Below, one piece after another: positions 9,266 to 19,564 of a stretch of DNA of 64,000 nt. The notes beneath the pieces were generated by a model that worked only from the letters and a program-made list of their open reading frames with translations, ran no database searches and was not told the DNA's origin. Made by a program: the position numbers and the translations under genes. Each line of letters starts with the position of its first letter. The stretch's first letter is position 1. Origin of the DNA: Candidatus Collierbacteria bacterium (GTDB lineage: Bacteria; Patescibacteriota; Microgenomatia; UBA1400; MFAQ01); assembly GCA_903886255.1 (NCBI GenBank), contig CAISLM010000014.1, forward strand, positions 13,562 to 77,561. The letters are read 5' to 3'.

Positions 9266-10552
9266 ATGCCGACTATAATAATCAATCTAAAAAACAAAAT
9301 TGTTGGTCTTCCCATTGCAGCCAAAATAATTATCGGTCTGGTCATTGTTGGTGGAGGCTGGTTAGCTTATTCAAAAATTGCTGCTAGCAAGGCGGCGGCT
9401 CCCACTTATCAAACAGCCCAAGTTGAAAAGGGAACCTTAATTACATCTGTCACTGCCTCGGGGAATATTACTACCGGTAACAACCTAACCATCTCCACAA
9501 CAGCTACGGGAACCGTAAACAAAGTTTATGTTCAAAACGGAGACACAGTAACAGCCGGACAAAAAATTGCCGATATTACTCTAGATCAGGATGGTCTGCA
9601 GAGACAAGCTTCCGCCTGGTCTCAATACATTTCTGCACAAAATAGTGTTAAATCACAAACCGACAATTTAAACTCTCTTCAGGCAGCCGAATTTACCGCC
9701 AATCAAAAATTCATGAACGATGCTGTTGTCAGAGGACTTGATACCTCGGACCCAACCTACATTGAAGAAAATGCTACTTGGCTCCAGGCAGAGGCTAATT
9801 ACACCAACCAATTTAGTTCGATTGCTCAAGCAAAAGCCAATCTAACTAGCGCCTGGTATGCATACCAACAAGTTGCCCCATCCGTCGTTTCTCCGGCCAA
9901 CGGAATTGTATCTAACCTTATGATTGCCAGTGGAACTGTAATTACAGGATCAACATCCGGTTCTTCAAATTCTGTTTCTTCTCAACAACTTGGTTCTATC
10001 AAACGACCTGATGAAAATACCCAAGCAATAGTTTCTCTTTCGGAACTTGACGCAGGTAAAGTTAATCCCGGCCAGAAGGTAACAATTACTATGGATGCTT
10101 ATCCTGATAAAACTTTCACCGGTAAAGTTCTCGTTGTAAACACAAATGGTGCCGTTAGCTCGGGAGTCACCACATACCCTGCCACAATTCAATTTGATAC
10201 GGCCACAGGGAACATCTATCCCAATATGGCAACCACAGCCAAAATCATTACCCAAGTAAAGAACGACGTACTCTTGGCACCATCGACAGCGGTACAAACT
10301 ACCAACGGGTCAACATCTTTAAGAGAATTAGTTAATGGTGTCCTTACAAACGTTCCTGTTGTAGTTGGAGATTCAAATGATACGCAAACAGAAATAGTTT
10401 CCGGCGCTAACGAGGGGGACATGGTAGTTACCAGTATTAGATCAACAAGCGCAACCACAACCAGCACCAATGCCACCTCAATATTTGGGGCTCTAGGTGG
10501 AGCTGCAAGGGGAGGTGTTGGTGGTGGAGCTGCGGTTAGATTCGGAAACTAA
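9266..10552 (+). CDS. MacA/HlyD-like efflux adaptor (membrane fusion protein)
   Basis: N-terminal TM, lipoyl-like halves (VYVQNGDTVTAGQ; SPANGIV), coiled coil; adjacent to ABC genes. Confidence 0.85.
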   Translation: MPTIIINLKNKIVGLPIAAKIIIGLVIVGGGWLAYSKIAASKAAAPTYQTAQVEKGTLITSVTASGNITTGNNLTISTTATGTVNKVYVQNGDTVTAGQKIADITLDQDGLQRQASAWSQYISAQNSVKSQTDNLNSLQAAEFTANQKFMNDAVVRGLDTSDPTYIEENATWLQAEANYTNQFSSIAQAKANLTSAWYAYQQVAPSVVSPANGIVSNLMIASGTVITGSTSGSSNSVSSQQLGSIKRPDENTQAIVSLSELDAGKVNPGQKVTITMDAYPDKTFTGKVLVVNTNGAVSSGVTTYPATIQFDTATGNIYPNMATTAKIITQVKNDVLLAPSTAVQTTNGSTSLRELVNGVLTNVPVVVGDSNDTQTEIVSGANEGDMVVTSIRSTSATTTSTNATSIFGALGGAARGGVGGGAAVRFGN

Positions 10553-10553
10553 A

Positions 10554-11270
10554 ATGACAGAAAAACCAATAATTGTAACCAGGCACCTGTCTAAGATTTA
10601 CAAGACGGAATCGCTCGAAACTGTTGCCCTAGCGGATGTATCGATCCAAATTAATAAAGGTGAATTTGTGGCCATCATGGGTCCATCCGGGTCAGGAAAA
10701 TCAACCTTAATGCACATACTTGGTGCCCTTGATAAACCGACACAGGGAGAATATATTCTTGATGGAGAAAATGTTGAGAAACTATCTGATGATGAACTGG
10801 CCGACATTAGAAATCGTAAAATTGGCTTTGTTTTTCAAGCCTTTAATCTTCTTCCGCGAACCACGGCTTTAAAAAATGTTATGTTGCCCATGGTTTACGC
10901 GGGAATTCCCAAAGAAGAAAGATTAAAAATAGCCCAAAAATATTTAACCATGGTAGGCCTTGCAGATCGAATGAACCACACTACAAACCAGATTTCCGGT
11001 GGTCAGCAACAACGTGTAGCAATAGCCCGCGCCCTATGTTTGAATCCTGCCATGATTCTTGCAGATGAACCTACCGGAAATATAGCTTCAGCTCAAGCCG
11101 AGGAAATCATGGACATCTTTCAAAAATTAAATCGTGAAGGCCACACTATCGTCATGATTACCCACGAGCCGGACATCGCCGAACACGCTCAGAGAATTAT
11201 TCACATTAAAGACGGAAGAATTGTTTTGGATTCCACCTCACACAAACAAAGATTAATCAACAAAAAATGA
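10554..11270 (+). CDS. MacB/LolD-like ABC transporter ATPase
   Basis: GPSGSGKS, ISGGQQQR, ILADEPTG. Start moved to ATG 10554. Confidence 0.93.
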   Translation: MTEKPIIVTRHLSKIYKTESLETVALADVSIQINKGEFVAIMGPSGSGKSTLMHILGALDKPTQGEYILDGENVEKLSDDELADIRNRKIGFVFQAFNLLPRTTALKNVMLPMVYAGIPKEERLKIAQKYLTMVGLADRMNHTTNQISGGQQQRVAIARALCLNPAMILADEPTGNIASAQAEEIMDIFQKLNREGHTIVMITHEPDIAEHAQRIIHIKDGRIVLDSTSHKQRLINKK

Positions 11271-12505
11271 TCAAAAAAAGTATAGACTACGCCGAGGTAC
11301 TTTCGGAAGGCATCGGAACACTAACCTTAAATAAAACCAGAACAGGTCTGGCTATTTTAGGAATTGTTATCGGGATTGGTAGTGTGATTGCTTTAGTTTC
11401 TCTTGGCCAAGCTACACAAGCAAGTATTTCTGCCAGGATAGAATCTTTAGGATCTAATCTTCTCACAATAAATCCGGGTGCCCAAAACACAGGGGCAGTT
11501 AGAGGTGCGGCCGGCAGTCGAACCACTCTCACTTTAGATGACGCTAATGCCATCGCCAATTCGCCTGATATAACTACGATAAATAGTGTCTCCCCCGAAT
11601 TTTCCAGAAGAACACAAATTATTACCGGCGCCAATAACACAAACACTCAAGTTGTTGGTGTTGCGGATACATATACTGAGGTTCATAAAGTCGCCATTGA
11701 TCAAGGAAGCTTCATCACACAAAGAGATGTTGCCGCCATAAATAAGGTGGCCGTGCTCGGCTCTCAAGTGGTTACCGATTTATTTGGTGCCGGCGCTAAC
11801 CCAATAGGACAAACGATTCGGATAAGCGGAAAAACATTTACTATTGTTGGTACTACAGTATCAAAAGGCGGAACCGGTTTCGGGAATCAAGACGACATTG
11901 TTTATGTACCAATTTCAACCGCCCAAAAAGAATTATTTGGTGTAAATTATTTAAGCTCAATCGCACTTGAGGCAAAATCTGCTTCAGTTATGACTGCCGC
12001 CCAAGATGAAGTTGGCTACTTTTTACTCACACGCCATCATCTAAGTGATCCCACCCAAGCTGATTTCTCCATTCTTTCTCAGCAAGACATCCTCAACACA
12101 GCCTCTGCGACAACATCAACCTTTACCTCTTTACTTTCTGGTATCGCTGCCATTTCGCTATTAGTCGGAGGAATCGGCATCATGAATATTATGCTCGTTA
12201 CCGTTACGGAAAGAACTAGGGAGATCGGCTTAAGAAAAGCACTCGGTGCCCAAAAAAGAAATATTATTGCTCAGTTTTTAACTGAATCAATTATTCTCAC
12301 CTTTACCGGTGGAATTATTGGTATATTTTTCGGAATCGCAGCCTCCTATATCATTTCTCGCCTCACAAGCTCAGGTTTTGTCATCTCACCCTCATCAATT
12401 CTTCTGGCATTTGTAGTTTCAGCAGGTATCGGAATTTTATTTGGATGGTACCCTGCCCAAAGAGCTGCAAATCTTCAACCGATTGAGGCTCTTAGATATG
12501 AATAA
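11267..12505 (+). CDS. MacB/FtsX-like ABC transporter permease
   Basis: GGIGIMNIMLVTVTERTREIGLRKALGA and C-terminal PIEALRYE. Confidence 0.93.
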   Translation: MIKKSIDYAEVLSEGIGTLTLNKTRTGLAILGIVIGIGSVIALVSLGQATQASISARIESLGSNLLTINPGAQNTGAVRGAAGSRTTLTLDDANAIANSPDITTINSVSPEFSRRTQIITGANNTNTQVVGVADTYTEVHKVAIDQGSFITQRDVAAINKVAVLGSQVVTDLFGAGANPIGQTIRISGKTFTIVGTTVSKGGTGFGNQDDIVYVPISTAQKELFGVNYLSSIALEAKSASVMTAAQDEVGYFLLTRHHLSDPTQADFSILSQQDILNTASATTSTFTSLLSGIAAISLLVGGIGIMNIMLVTVTERTREIGLRKALGAQKRNIIAQFLTESIILTFTGGIIGIFFGIAASYIISRLTSSGFVISPSSILLAFVVSAGIGILFGWYPAQRAANLQPIEALRYE

Positions 12506-12524
12506 TTATTAATTAATAAAATAT

Positions 12525-12965
12525 ATGAACAAAAATCTCACTACAACTATTATCGTTGCAGTAATTGCTATTGCGATTGGCTTTTTCGCGGGCACCAAAT
12601 ATCAAGCATCTAAAGCCACATCTGCTGCCGCTACTCTTCGAGCTCAGTTTGCAGCGGGAGGGACAGGACGAGGAACGGGTGGAGGAAGATTGGGTGCCGG
12701 TGGCGGTCAGGTAACCGGAACGATACTAAGCGCGGATAGTGGTTCGATTACTGTGAAGCTTCAAGACGGGAGCTCAAAGATCGTAATCATAAGCGGGTCA
12801 ACTGCCATTGATAAAACGGCTGTTGGATCGATGAATGATCTCTCTGTCGGCACACGAGTCGGCGTGTTTGGCACCACTAACTCTGATGGTAGCGTAACGG
12901 CTCAAAATGTTCAGGTAAACCCTGCTATGAGAACGGCAACGCCCAGTGCTGCGCCAACAAAATAG
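12525..12965 (+). CDS. Membrane-anchored Gly-rich hypothetical protein (DUF5666-like OB fold)
   Basis: N-terminal TM, Gly-rich linker and GTI...ITVK...DGSVTA beta-rich domain; operonic with the exporter. Confidence 0.6.
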   Translation: MNKNLTTTIIVAVIAIAIGFFAGTKYQASKATSAAATLRAQFAAGGTGRGTGGGRLGAGGGQVTGTILSADSGSITVKLQDGSSKIVIISGSTAIDKTAVGSMNDLSVGTRVGVFGTTNSDGSVTAQNVQVNPAMRTATPSAAPTK

Positions 12966-12980
12966 CATTGACTATCTGCC

Positions 12981-13015
12981 TAACAAAAATCTCCCATTTC
13001 GGGGGATTTTTGTTA
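12981..13015. terminator. Intrinsic terminator
   Basis: TAACAAAAATCTCCC-atttc-GGGGGATTTTTGTTA inverted repeat with T tract. Confidence 0.75.
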
Positions 13016-13057
13016 TTGATAAGACACCAAACAAGCAATTTATGTTAATCTTAATTA

Positions 13058-15907
13058 ATGAGAGATTTGCGTGGGTTATTTTCGCCAAAATCCGTAACAA
13101 TAATTGGAGCATCGAAGTCCCCGGAAAAAGTAGGAGCAATCGTTTTAAAAAATATTATTGACTCCGGTTTCAAGGGAGCCGTGTACCCTGTTAATCCCAA
13201 AGAAACTGACATCTCCGGACTAAAGTGTTTCCCAAATGTAAATAGTCTCCCGGAAATTCCTGATTTGGCTGTGTTTGCTATTCCTTCTTCCGTTGCCATT
13301 GGTGTCCTGGAAGAAGTCGGAATAAAAGGCATAAAAAATGCAGTCATTTTTACCGCCGGATTTAAAGAGATTGGCAGAGAAGGGGAGATCTTAGAAAAAG
13401 AGCTTGTAGACGTTGCCAATAAATATCAAATTAATGTGTTGGGACCAAATTGTTTAGGATTTGCGAATAATAATTTGCCAATAAATGTTACCTTCGGACA
13501 AGTAGTCAAGGAACAAGGTAATCTTCGGATTATTTCTCAATCCGGAGCTATTGCTGCCAGTCTCTTTGATTGGTGTCAAACAACAAAGCTTGGATTTGGT
13601 GAATTCATCACAATCGGAAATAAAGCTGTAGTGACCGAAAATGACGTCTTAAATTACTGGGCGTCAAATCCTCAACCCATCATCGATCAGCCGGGAATTT
13701 CCAAAGTTTCACCTATTGGCTTATATTTAGAATCAATCGCCCAAGGCGAGGATTTTGTTAAAATCGCCACAGAAATTTCCAAAACAACACCCATATTTGC
13801 ACTTAAACCCGGTAAATCTATCGCAGCCGCATCAGCTATGCATTCGCACACCGGAGCTATCGCCGGTGTTGATAGCGTTCTTGACATCGCACTAAAACAG
13901 TCAGGGGTTATTCGATGTGCAGATTTAAATGTATTTTTTGATTTGGCGAGAGCCTTTTCTTGGGAAAATGTTCCTAAAGGCCCAAGAGTCGCTGTTGTAT
14001 CCAATGCCGGTGGTCCAGCTGTTCTTAGTACTGACTCTATTGAAGAATTTGGTTTACAAATGGCCCAGTTTGGATCAGAAACTCAAAAAAAATTAGCCGC
14101 CTTTTTGCCAAGGATGGCCAGCTTCCTTAATCCCGTTGATGTTTTGGGAGATGCTTTGGCAGACCGGTTTGGTCATGCCCTTGAAGCTGTTTTGCAGGAG
14201 CCGACTGTCGATGCCGCTATCGTCATTCTTACTCCTCAGTTAATGACTCAGATAGAAAAAACTGCCGAAATAATCGGCAATATGTCCGCCAAATTTTTTC
14301 AGCCGATTTTATGCTCATTTATTGGAGGAAGTTTGGCCGCGGTAGGAGAAAAAAAATTAAATGAATGTAAAATTCCTTCGTTCCCCTTTCCCGAAATGTC
14401 TATAAAAACACTTTCGTTGATGTGGAAATGGCAAGATTGGAGAAACAAAAACATCACTTTACCAACGCCCGAAGAATCTCTCTCTCAAAATACTGATACA
14501 GTAAAAAATATTTTATCTTCAGCCAGAGCCAATCGCCAACTAAATCTTGATAGCTTTGCGGCAAACGATGTCATGGTTGCCGCCGGGATCTCAACACCAC
14601 CCACACTCTCGGTGTCAGACTCATCCCAAGCACAGCAATTTGCCGACAAAGAAGGTTGGCCGGTCGTCCTAAAAATTTCGTCACCCAATCTATTACATAA
14701 GGCAGACGTTGGCGGGGTCATTGCACATATCCACAACACAAACGAGTTGTTGATTGCAGGAAATAAAATAATCCAACAAATTAGAACATTAGATCAGGAA
14801 ACAAAAAGTGGTGCCAAAATTCAAATTCAAAAAGAAATCATTGGCGGTGTCGAAGTAATCGTCGGAGTCAAAAGAGATCCTAATTTCGGACCGGTTATTT
14901 TGTTTGGAGCCGGAGGAAAATTCGCAGAGCTGCTGGTAGACAGGAACCTTCATCTTTTGCCTATCAACCGCGAGCAAGCCAAGCAATTAGTTGCCGGCTC
15001 AAAAGTTTATACGTTATTAAACGGATTCCGAGGGGATGAATCATACGATCTAGAGCCTTTGTACAGTACGATAATTCGTCTTGGACAGCTTGCTGAAATG
15101 GTCCCCGATATTGCTGAAATAGAAATCAATCCACTAATTATTACTCACAACGGAGTTTGGGCGGTAGACAGTAAGGTTGTCTTAACACAGCCAACCGACC
15201 GACCACTCAACATTCCTAAATTTAACTCTGCAACGGCTATTTCTCACAATATTCTTTCTCCAAATATTCACGAAATCGAGTTTCAAACTCAACTTCCAAT
15301 AGTAATCAAGTCCGGACAATTTATCAGTGTTAGAGTTAGTGATCAAAGAATCAACGCCTACTCAATCGCTGGGTCAACCGACCCAAATCATTTCCAACTA
15401 TTGATAGATGTCAGTCCTCAAGGCGTCGGTTCAAAATATTTTGAAAATTTGAAAGTAGGAGAAACAATTACTTTCTTAGGACCGGTCGGTTTATTTAATC
15501 TAAAGCCGGACGATGGCTCCCAACAACTTCTTTTCTTAGGAACAGGGTCGGGAATTGTTCCCCTGAAATTTATTATTGAAGATGCTCTAAAAAACAAAAA
15601 TATCACTCAACCAATCTCGCTTTATTTTGGCTTAAGATACAAAGAAGATATTTTTTGGCAAGATATTTTCGATGATTTAACCGGTAAATATCCCAATTTT
15701 CATTACAAACTTTGCTTGTCCAAACCAACGGAAGATTGGACAGGATACAAAGGGCATATCACCGACCTCGTTCACCAAGAGTTTCCTGACACTTCGCGAT
15801 GCGGTGCCTATTTGTGTGGCGGCAAGACAATGGTAGAAGAATCATCTAATATATTACTTAGCTCTGGTTGTCCGGCCGAAAGGATATATTCAGAAAAATT
15901 TAATTAA
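13058..15907 (+). CDS. ADP-forming acetate/acyl-CoA ligase (alpha-beta fusion) with a C-terminal FAD/NAD(P)-binding FNR-like domain
   Basis: GPNCLG, SQSGA, SHTGAIAG, NPVDVLGD, HKADVGGV and EIEINPL, followed by AYSIAGS, GTGSGIVP, YLCG and terminal EKF. Confidence 0.88.
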   Translation: MRDLRGLFSPKSVTIIGASKSPEKVGAIVLKNIIDSGFKGAVYPVNPKETDISGLKCFPNVNSLPEIPDLAVFAIPSSVAIGVLEEVGIKGIKNAVIFTAGFKEIGREGEILEKELVDVANKYQINVLGPNCLGFANNNLPINVTFGQVVKEQGNLRIISQSGAIAASLFDWCQTTKLGFGEFITIGNKAVVTENDVLNYWASNPQPIIDQPGISKVSPIGLYLESIAQGEDFVKIATEISKTTPIFALKPGKSIAAASAMHSHTGAIAGVDSVLDIALKQSGVIRCADLNVFFDLARAFSWENVPKGPRVAVVSNAGGPAVLSTDSIEEFGLQMAQFGSETQKKLAAFLPRMASFLNPVDVLGDALADRFGHALEAVLQEPTVDAAIVILTPQLMTQIEKTAEIIGNMSAKFFQPILCSFIGGSLAAVGEKKLNECKIPSFPFPEMSIKTLSLMWKWQDWRNKNITLPTPEESLSQNTDTVKNILSSARANRQLNLDSFAANDVMVAAGISTPPTLSVSDSSQAQQFADKEGWPVVLKISSPNLLHKADVGGVIAHIHNTNELLIAGNKIIQQIRTLDQETKSGAKIQIQKEIIGGVEVIVGVKRDPNFGPVILFGAGGKFAELLVDRNLHLLPINREQAKQLVAGSKVYTLLNGFRGDESYDLEPLYSTIIRLGQLAEMVPDIAEIEINPLIITHNGVWAVDSKVVLTQPTDRPLNIPKFNSATAISHNILSPNIHEIEFQTQLPIVIKSGQFISVRVSDQRINAYSIAGSTDPNHFQLLIDVSPQGVGSKYFENLKVGETITFLGPVGLFNLKPDDGSQQLLFLGTGSGIVPLKFIIEDALKNKNITQPISLYFGLRYKEDIFWQDIFDDLTGKYPNFHYKLCLSKPTEDWTGYKGHITDLVHQEFPDTSRCGAYLCGGKTMVEESSNILLSSGCPAERIYSEKFN

Positions 15908-15916
15908 ATCATATTT

Positions 15917-17635
15917 ATGTCAAATAAAGTCTACTCAATAAAAATAGGAGGAATGGCGGGTCAAGGTATAAAAAGTGCCGGATTAAATTTTGCCAAAGTT
16001 GCAGCCAGATCAGGTTATAACATCTACAACTATATTGAGTACCCTTCATTAATCAGGGGTGGCCACAATGTTATGCAAACTACTTTCTCTTTGGATGAGG
16101 TTCATTCACAGATTCAGTCTGTTGATTTTTTAATTGCTCTCAATCAAGAAACAATTAACCTTCATAAAGACGAATTAGTTTCAGGAGCAGGTATCATCTT
16201 TGAAGACGAAGGGAAAATTGATGCAACCGCCTGTAAAGACAAATGCCGACTTTTCGCAGTCCCTCTAAAAAAACTGGCCACTGAAGCCGGAGGTCAGGAA
16301 ATAGTTTCAAACAATGTTGCTCTTGGAGCATCTATTTCCTTAATGGGAGGAGACATAAAATATCTATTCGACTTAATCGATGAGGATTTTTCTTTCAAAC
16401 CGGAAATTGCCGAAATAAATAAAAAAGCTGCTCAATCCGGTTATGAATATGCCCAAACAAATTTCCCCAATAAATTTGATTCGTTGCTTACACCCCAAAA
16501 AAACGCCAATAAAAAAATTGTAGTCAATGGTACTGATGGAGTGGCCTTCGGTGCAATTGCGGCCGGACTTCAATATACAGCTATATATCCCATGTCACCG
16601 ACCTCAAACATTCTAACCATTCTCGCCGCCAATCAACGCGAATATGGATATATATACAAACAAGCAGAAGATGAAATTGCTGCCATAAATATGTCTCTTG
16701 GAGCCTCTTTTGCCGGAGCAAGAGCTATGACAACCACATCTGGTGGCGGGTTTTGTCTTATGACCGAAGGTTTTGGCTTAGCTGGGCAAACTGAAACGCC
16801 TATTGTCATTGTCGAGGGCATGAGAGGAGGCCCCGGTACCGGTTTGCCAACCTGGAGTGAACAGGGTGACTTGCGTATGGTGCTTCACGCGCACCAAGGT
16901 GAATTTCCCAGAATCGTAGTTGCCGCAGGCGATGCAGAGGAAGCTTTCCATCAAATAATGCTCGCCTTTAATCTTGCCGAAAAGTATCAAACGCCTGTTG
17001 TACTTTTGGTAGATAAAAATATTTTGGACGATGAACAAACATTCCCTAAATTCGACTATTCTTCATATCAGATTAATCGTGGCAAGATGGTCAGAGAAAA
17101 GGATCCTGAATACCACCGCTATGTCGTTACAGATGACGGCATTTCTCCTAGAACCATTCCGGGAGTAGGAAATCACCTTGTCGCCAATTCTGATGAACAT
17201 AACTCCTATGGTTATTCCAGCGAAACAATCTCCGACCGAAATGAACAAGTTCAAAAAAGATTGAGAAAACTAGAAACCTGTGCCAAAGAAGATATGGGAA
17301 AACCCATACTTTTTGGTCCTGAAAATGCAGAGATAACTATTGTTTCCTGGGGTAGTTGCAAAGGACCAATTTTGGAGGCTATGAAGGATTATCCCTTTGT
17401 AAATTACCTTCACATAAATTGGATTAATCCGTTCCCGGCAGACGCAATTAAAGCCATTCTTTCACGTTCCACGTACCTTTTAGATATCGAGTGCAACAGC
17501 ACGGCTCAGATGGCTGGTTTAATTAGGGAAAAAACGGGTATTGACATACTTGATAGATTTTTAAAGAACGACGGCCGTCCATTTTTCCCGGAAGAGATTA
17601 AAGATAAAATTAACAGTATTATAAAAACACGATGA
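15917..17635 (+). CDS. 2-oxoacid:ferredoxin oxidoreductase alpha subunit (gamma-alpha fusion)
   Basis: GGMAGQG, IRGGH, YPMSP, QAEDEIAA, TTTSGGGF, GPGTGLPT. Confidence 0.93.
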   Translation: MSNKVYSIKIGGMAGQGIKSAGLNFAKVAARSGYNIYNYIEYPSLIRGGHNVMQTTFSLDEVHSQIQSVDFLIALNQETINLHKDELVSGAGIIFEDEGKIDATACKDKCRLFAVPLKKLATEAGGQEIVSNNVALGASISLMGGDIKYLFDLIDEDFSFKPEIAEINKKAAQSGYEYAQTNFPNKFDSLLTPQKNANKKIVVNGTDGVAFGAIAAGLQYTAIYPMSPTSNILTILAANQREYGYIYKQAEDEIAAINMSLGASFAGARAMTTTSGGGFCLMTEGFGLAGQTETPIVIVEGMRGGPGTGLPTWSEQGDLRMVLHAHQGEFPRIVVAAGDAEEAFHQIMLAFNLAEKYQTPVVLLVDKNILDDEQTFPKFDYSSYQINRGKMVREKDPEYHRYVVTDDGISPRTIPGVGNHLVANSDEHNSYGYSSETISDRNEQVQKRLRKLETCAKEDMGKPILFGPENAEITIVSWGSCKGPILEAMKDYPFVNYLHINWINPFPADAIKAILSRSTYLLDIECNSTAQMAGLIREKTGIDILDRFLKNDGRPFFPEEIKDKINSIIKTR

Positions 17636-18489
17636 TAACCGCTGCAGAATTAGCCACTCCAAATTTTCCGAACTGGTGCCCGGGTTGTGGCAACTTTGGT
17701 ATTTGGGCTGCTTTTAAAAACGCCGCCGTCACATCAGACTGGGACAATACAAATACCGCTTTTGTCGCCGGCATAGGCTGCCATGGGCATATGGTCAATT
17801 TTGTTAAACTTACCTCGTTCGAGGGACTGCACGGAAGACCAATTCCTGTGGCAACAGGAATAAAGATGGCTAATCACAGATTAAATGTTTTTGTTTTTAC
17901 CGGTGATGGCGATTGTCTCGGTGAAGGCGGAAATCATTTTATCAACGCAGCCCGGAGAAATCACAACATTACAGTCCTCTTACACAACAATAATATTTAT
18001 GGTCTGACCACCGGCCAAACCTCTCCCACCACCAGGAAAGATTTCCCAACCAAATCCACCCCGGACGGCAATCCCGATGAACCGTTTAAAGTTTTAAATC
18101 TGGCCATCGCCGCCGGAGCCACTTTTGCAGCCAGGGTCTACGCCAATGATATTGCCGGTCTTTCGGCCATGATCATTAAAGCTAATGAGCATCAGGGATT
18201 TTCTGTCGTGGAAATGCTCCAGCCCTGCATTACCTTCAACAAAGAATGTTCTCCCACTTTCTTTACGGATAATACTTATAAACTTCCCGATTCTTACGAT
18301 CCGACCAATATTGCTGCCGCTCTAGAAAAAACCTTGGAATTCGGTGAAAAACAAATTCCGGTAGGACTATTTTATAAAGTTGACAAACCAACTGCCGAAT
18401 CAGAATTTCCTCAGATAGATGCAAAGCCTTTAGTTGATAATCAAGTTGAAAAAAGAGATGTTTCCGAACTTTTGCAAACCCTTTATTAA
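17632..18489 (+). CDS. 2-oxoacid:ferredoxin oxidoreductase beta subunit
   Basis: WCPGCG, GIGC, LHGR, TPP motif GDGD...NN, YGLTTGQTSPT. Confidence 0.93.
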   Translation: MITAAELATPNFPNWCPGCGNFGIWAAFKNAAVTSDWDNTNTAFVAGIGCHGHMVNFVKLTSFEGLHGRPIPVATGIKMANHRLNVFVFTGDGDCLGEGGNHFINAARRNHNITVLLHNNNIYGLTTGQTSPTTRKDFPTKSTPDGNPDEPFKVLNLAIAAGATFAARVYANDIAGLSAMIIKANEHQGFSVVEMLQPCITFNKECSPTFFTDNTYKLPDSYDPTNIAAALEKTLEFGEKQIPVGLFYKVDKPTAESEFPQIDAKPLVDNQVEKRDVSELLQTLY

Positions 18490-18496
18490 TTAACAA

Positions 18497-18526
18497 TGTC
18501 ATTCCCGACCGAGGTCGTGGAATCTA
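18497..18526. repeat. Single REP/dRS3-like palindrome
   Basis: TGTCATTCCCGACCGAGGTCGTGGAATCTA hairpin in the intergenic gap. Confidence 0.35.
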
Positions 18527-18541
18527 TACAAATTACAAAAT

Positions 18542-18805
18542 ATGGATAATCAAACGCCAGCAACAGATAAAGAAGTCATGGTCGGTAAATACAAAGTTAA
18601 AGTTGTTCGCAATATGTGCATCGGAGCAGCCACTTGTGTCGCAGTAGCCGCCGCCAATTTTCAGCTGGATTCGGAAAACAAAGCAGTCCCGGCAGAAGGA
18701 GGAGCCGATTTGGAAGCAGCGGTTCTTTTGGCCGCCCAATCATGTCCCACCAAAGCCATTGTGATTATTGATACCACCACCGGCAAACAAGTCTGGCCCG
18801 ACTAA
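18542..18805 (+). CDS. Ferredoxin, probably [3Fe-4S] monocluster
   Basis: CIGAATC...CP motif with the second Cys replaced by Ala. Confidence 0.85.
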   Translation: MDNQTPATDKEVMVGKYKVKVVRNMCIGAATCVAVAAANFQLDSENKAVPAEGGADLEAAVLLAAQSCPTKAIVIIDTTTGKQVWPD

Positions 18806-19527
18806 ATACTTTCAGCCACCTTCCTTGTCCAAAACCTAAGCCTTTCGCTTTGATTTTGTGTGAGTTTGGCAGCCAAATAACCTAGATGGACCGCGATATC
18901 ATTTCCAATGTTCAGCCCATGGGTTAGATCAGGATCAATTCGCACCTCTTGTTTTCTGGAATTTACTTCATATTTACCATCGTTTTTGACATTTATAATT
19001 TCTCTCTCCACGGATGCCTTCGCATTATTTGTATCTAGTGCTATTACTTTTCCATATGCCACCATACAGTTATTTATTCTATTTTCCTTTTCCGCATTTT
19101 CATAATCGGCTGCTGCAATTAAAATTACCTGTGAAAGGTGGGTTAAATATAATTTTTCCGGCAGTTGTTTTTCAAGGCCTTTTGCAAATCCGCCCGGCAG
19201 TTGTTTTTCATATTGATCTACTAACGCCTCTCCAGCATTATCGGCAGCTATTTCAGTTAGATCTTCACCCAGCCAATACGACTCAACAACATGTTCGTCA
19301 AACATATCCAAGCCACTAGTTTGAGAAATTGCTCTAAGAAAAGCATTCAAATGTGGAAAACCATGGTTGCAAAGAGTTTCTCTAACCAAATCGTAATCTA
19401 ATTCTTTTTCCGATACGAGGTTCCTTAATATTACCTGGCTAGCATCCTCTCCACAAAAACCCCACATATTTGGCTGTATTGCAAATCTCGCAGCATTTTC
19501 CAGTCCATCCATTATATTTTCCTTCAT
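18802..19527 (-). CDS. DUF6390-like hydrogenase-cluster protein
   Basis: ARFAIQPNMWGFCG, VVESYWLG, HLSQV, NNCMV and terminal HypC-like IAVHLG. Confidence 0.6.
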   Translation of the reverse strand: MKENIMDGLENAARFAIQPNMWGFCGEDASQVILRNLVSEKELDYDLVRETLCNHGFPHLNAFLRAISQTSGLDMFDEHVVESYWLGEDLTEIAADNAGEALVDQYEKQLPGGFAKGLEKQLPEKLYLTHLSQVILIAAADYENAEKENRINNCMVAYGKVIALDTNNAKASVEREIINVKNDGKYEVNSRKQEVRIDPDLTHGLNIGNDIAVHLGYLAAKLTQNQSERLRFWTRKVAESI

Positions 19528-19564
19528 TACTGAGATTATATTACTTTCGTTATAATGAACCTAA

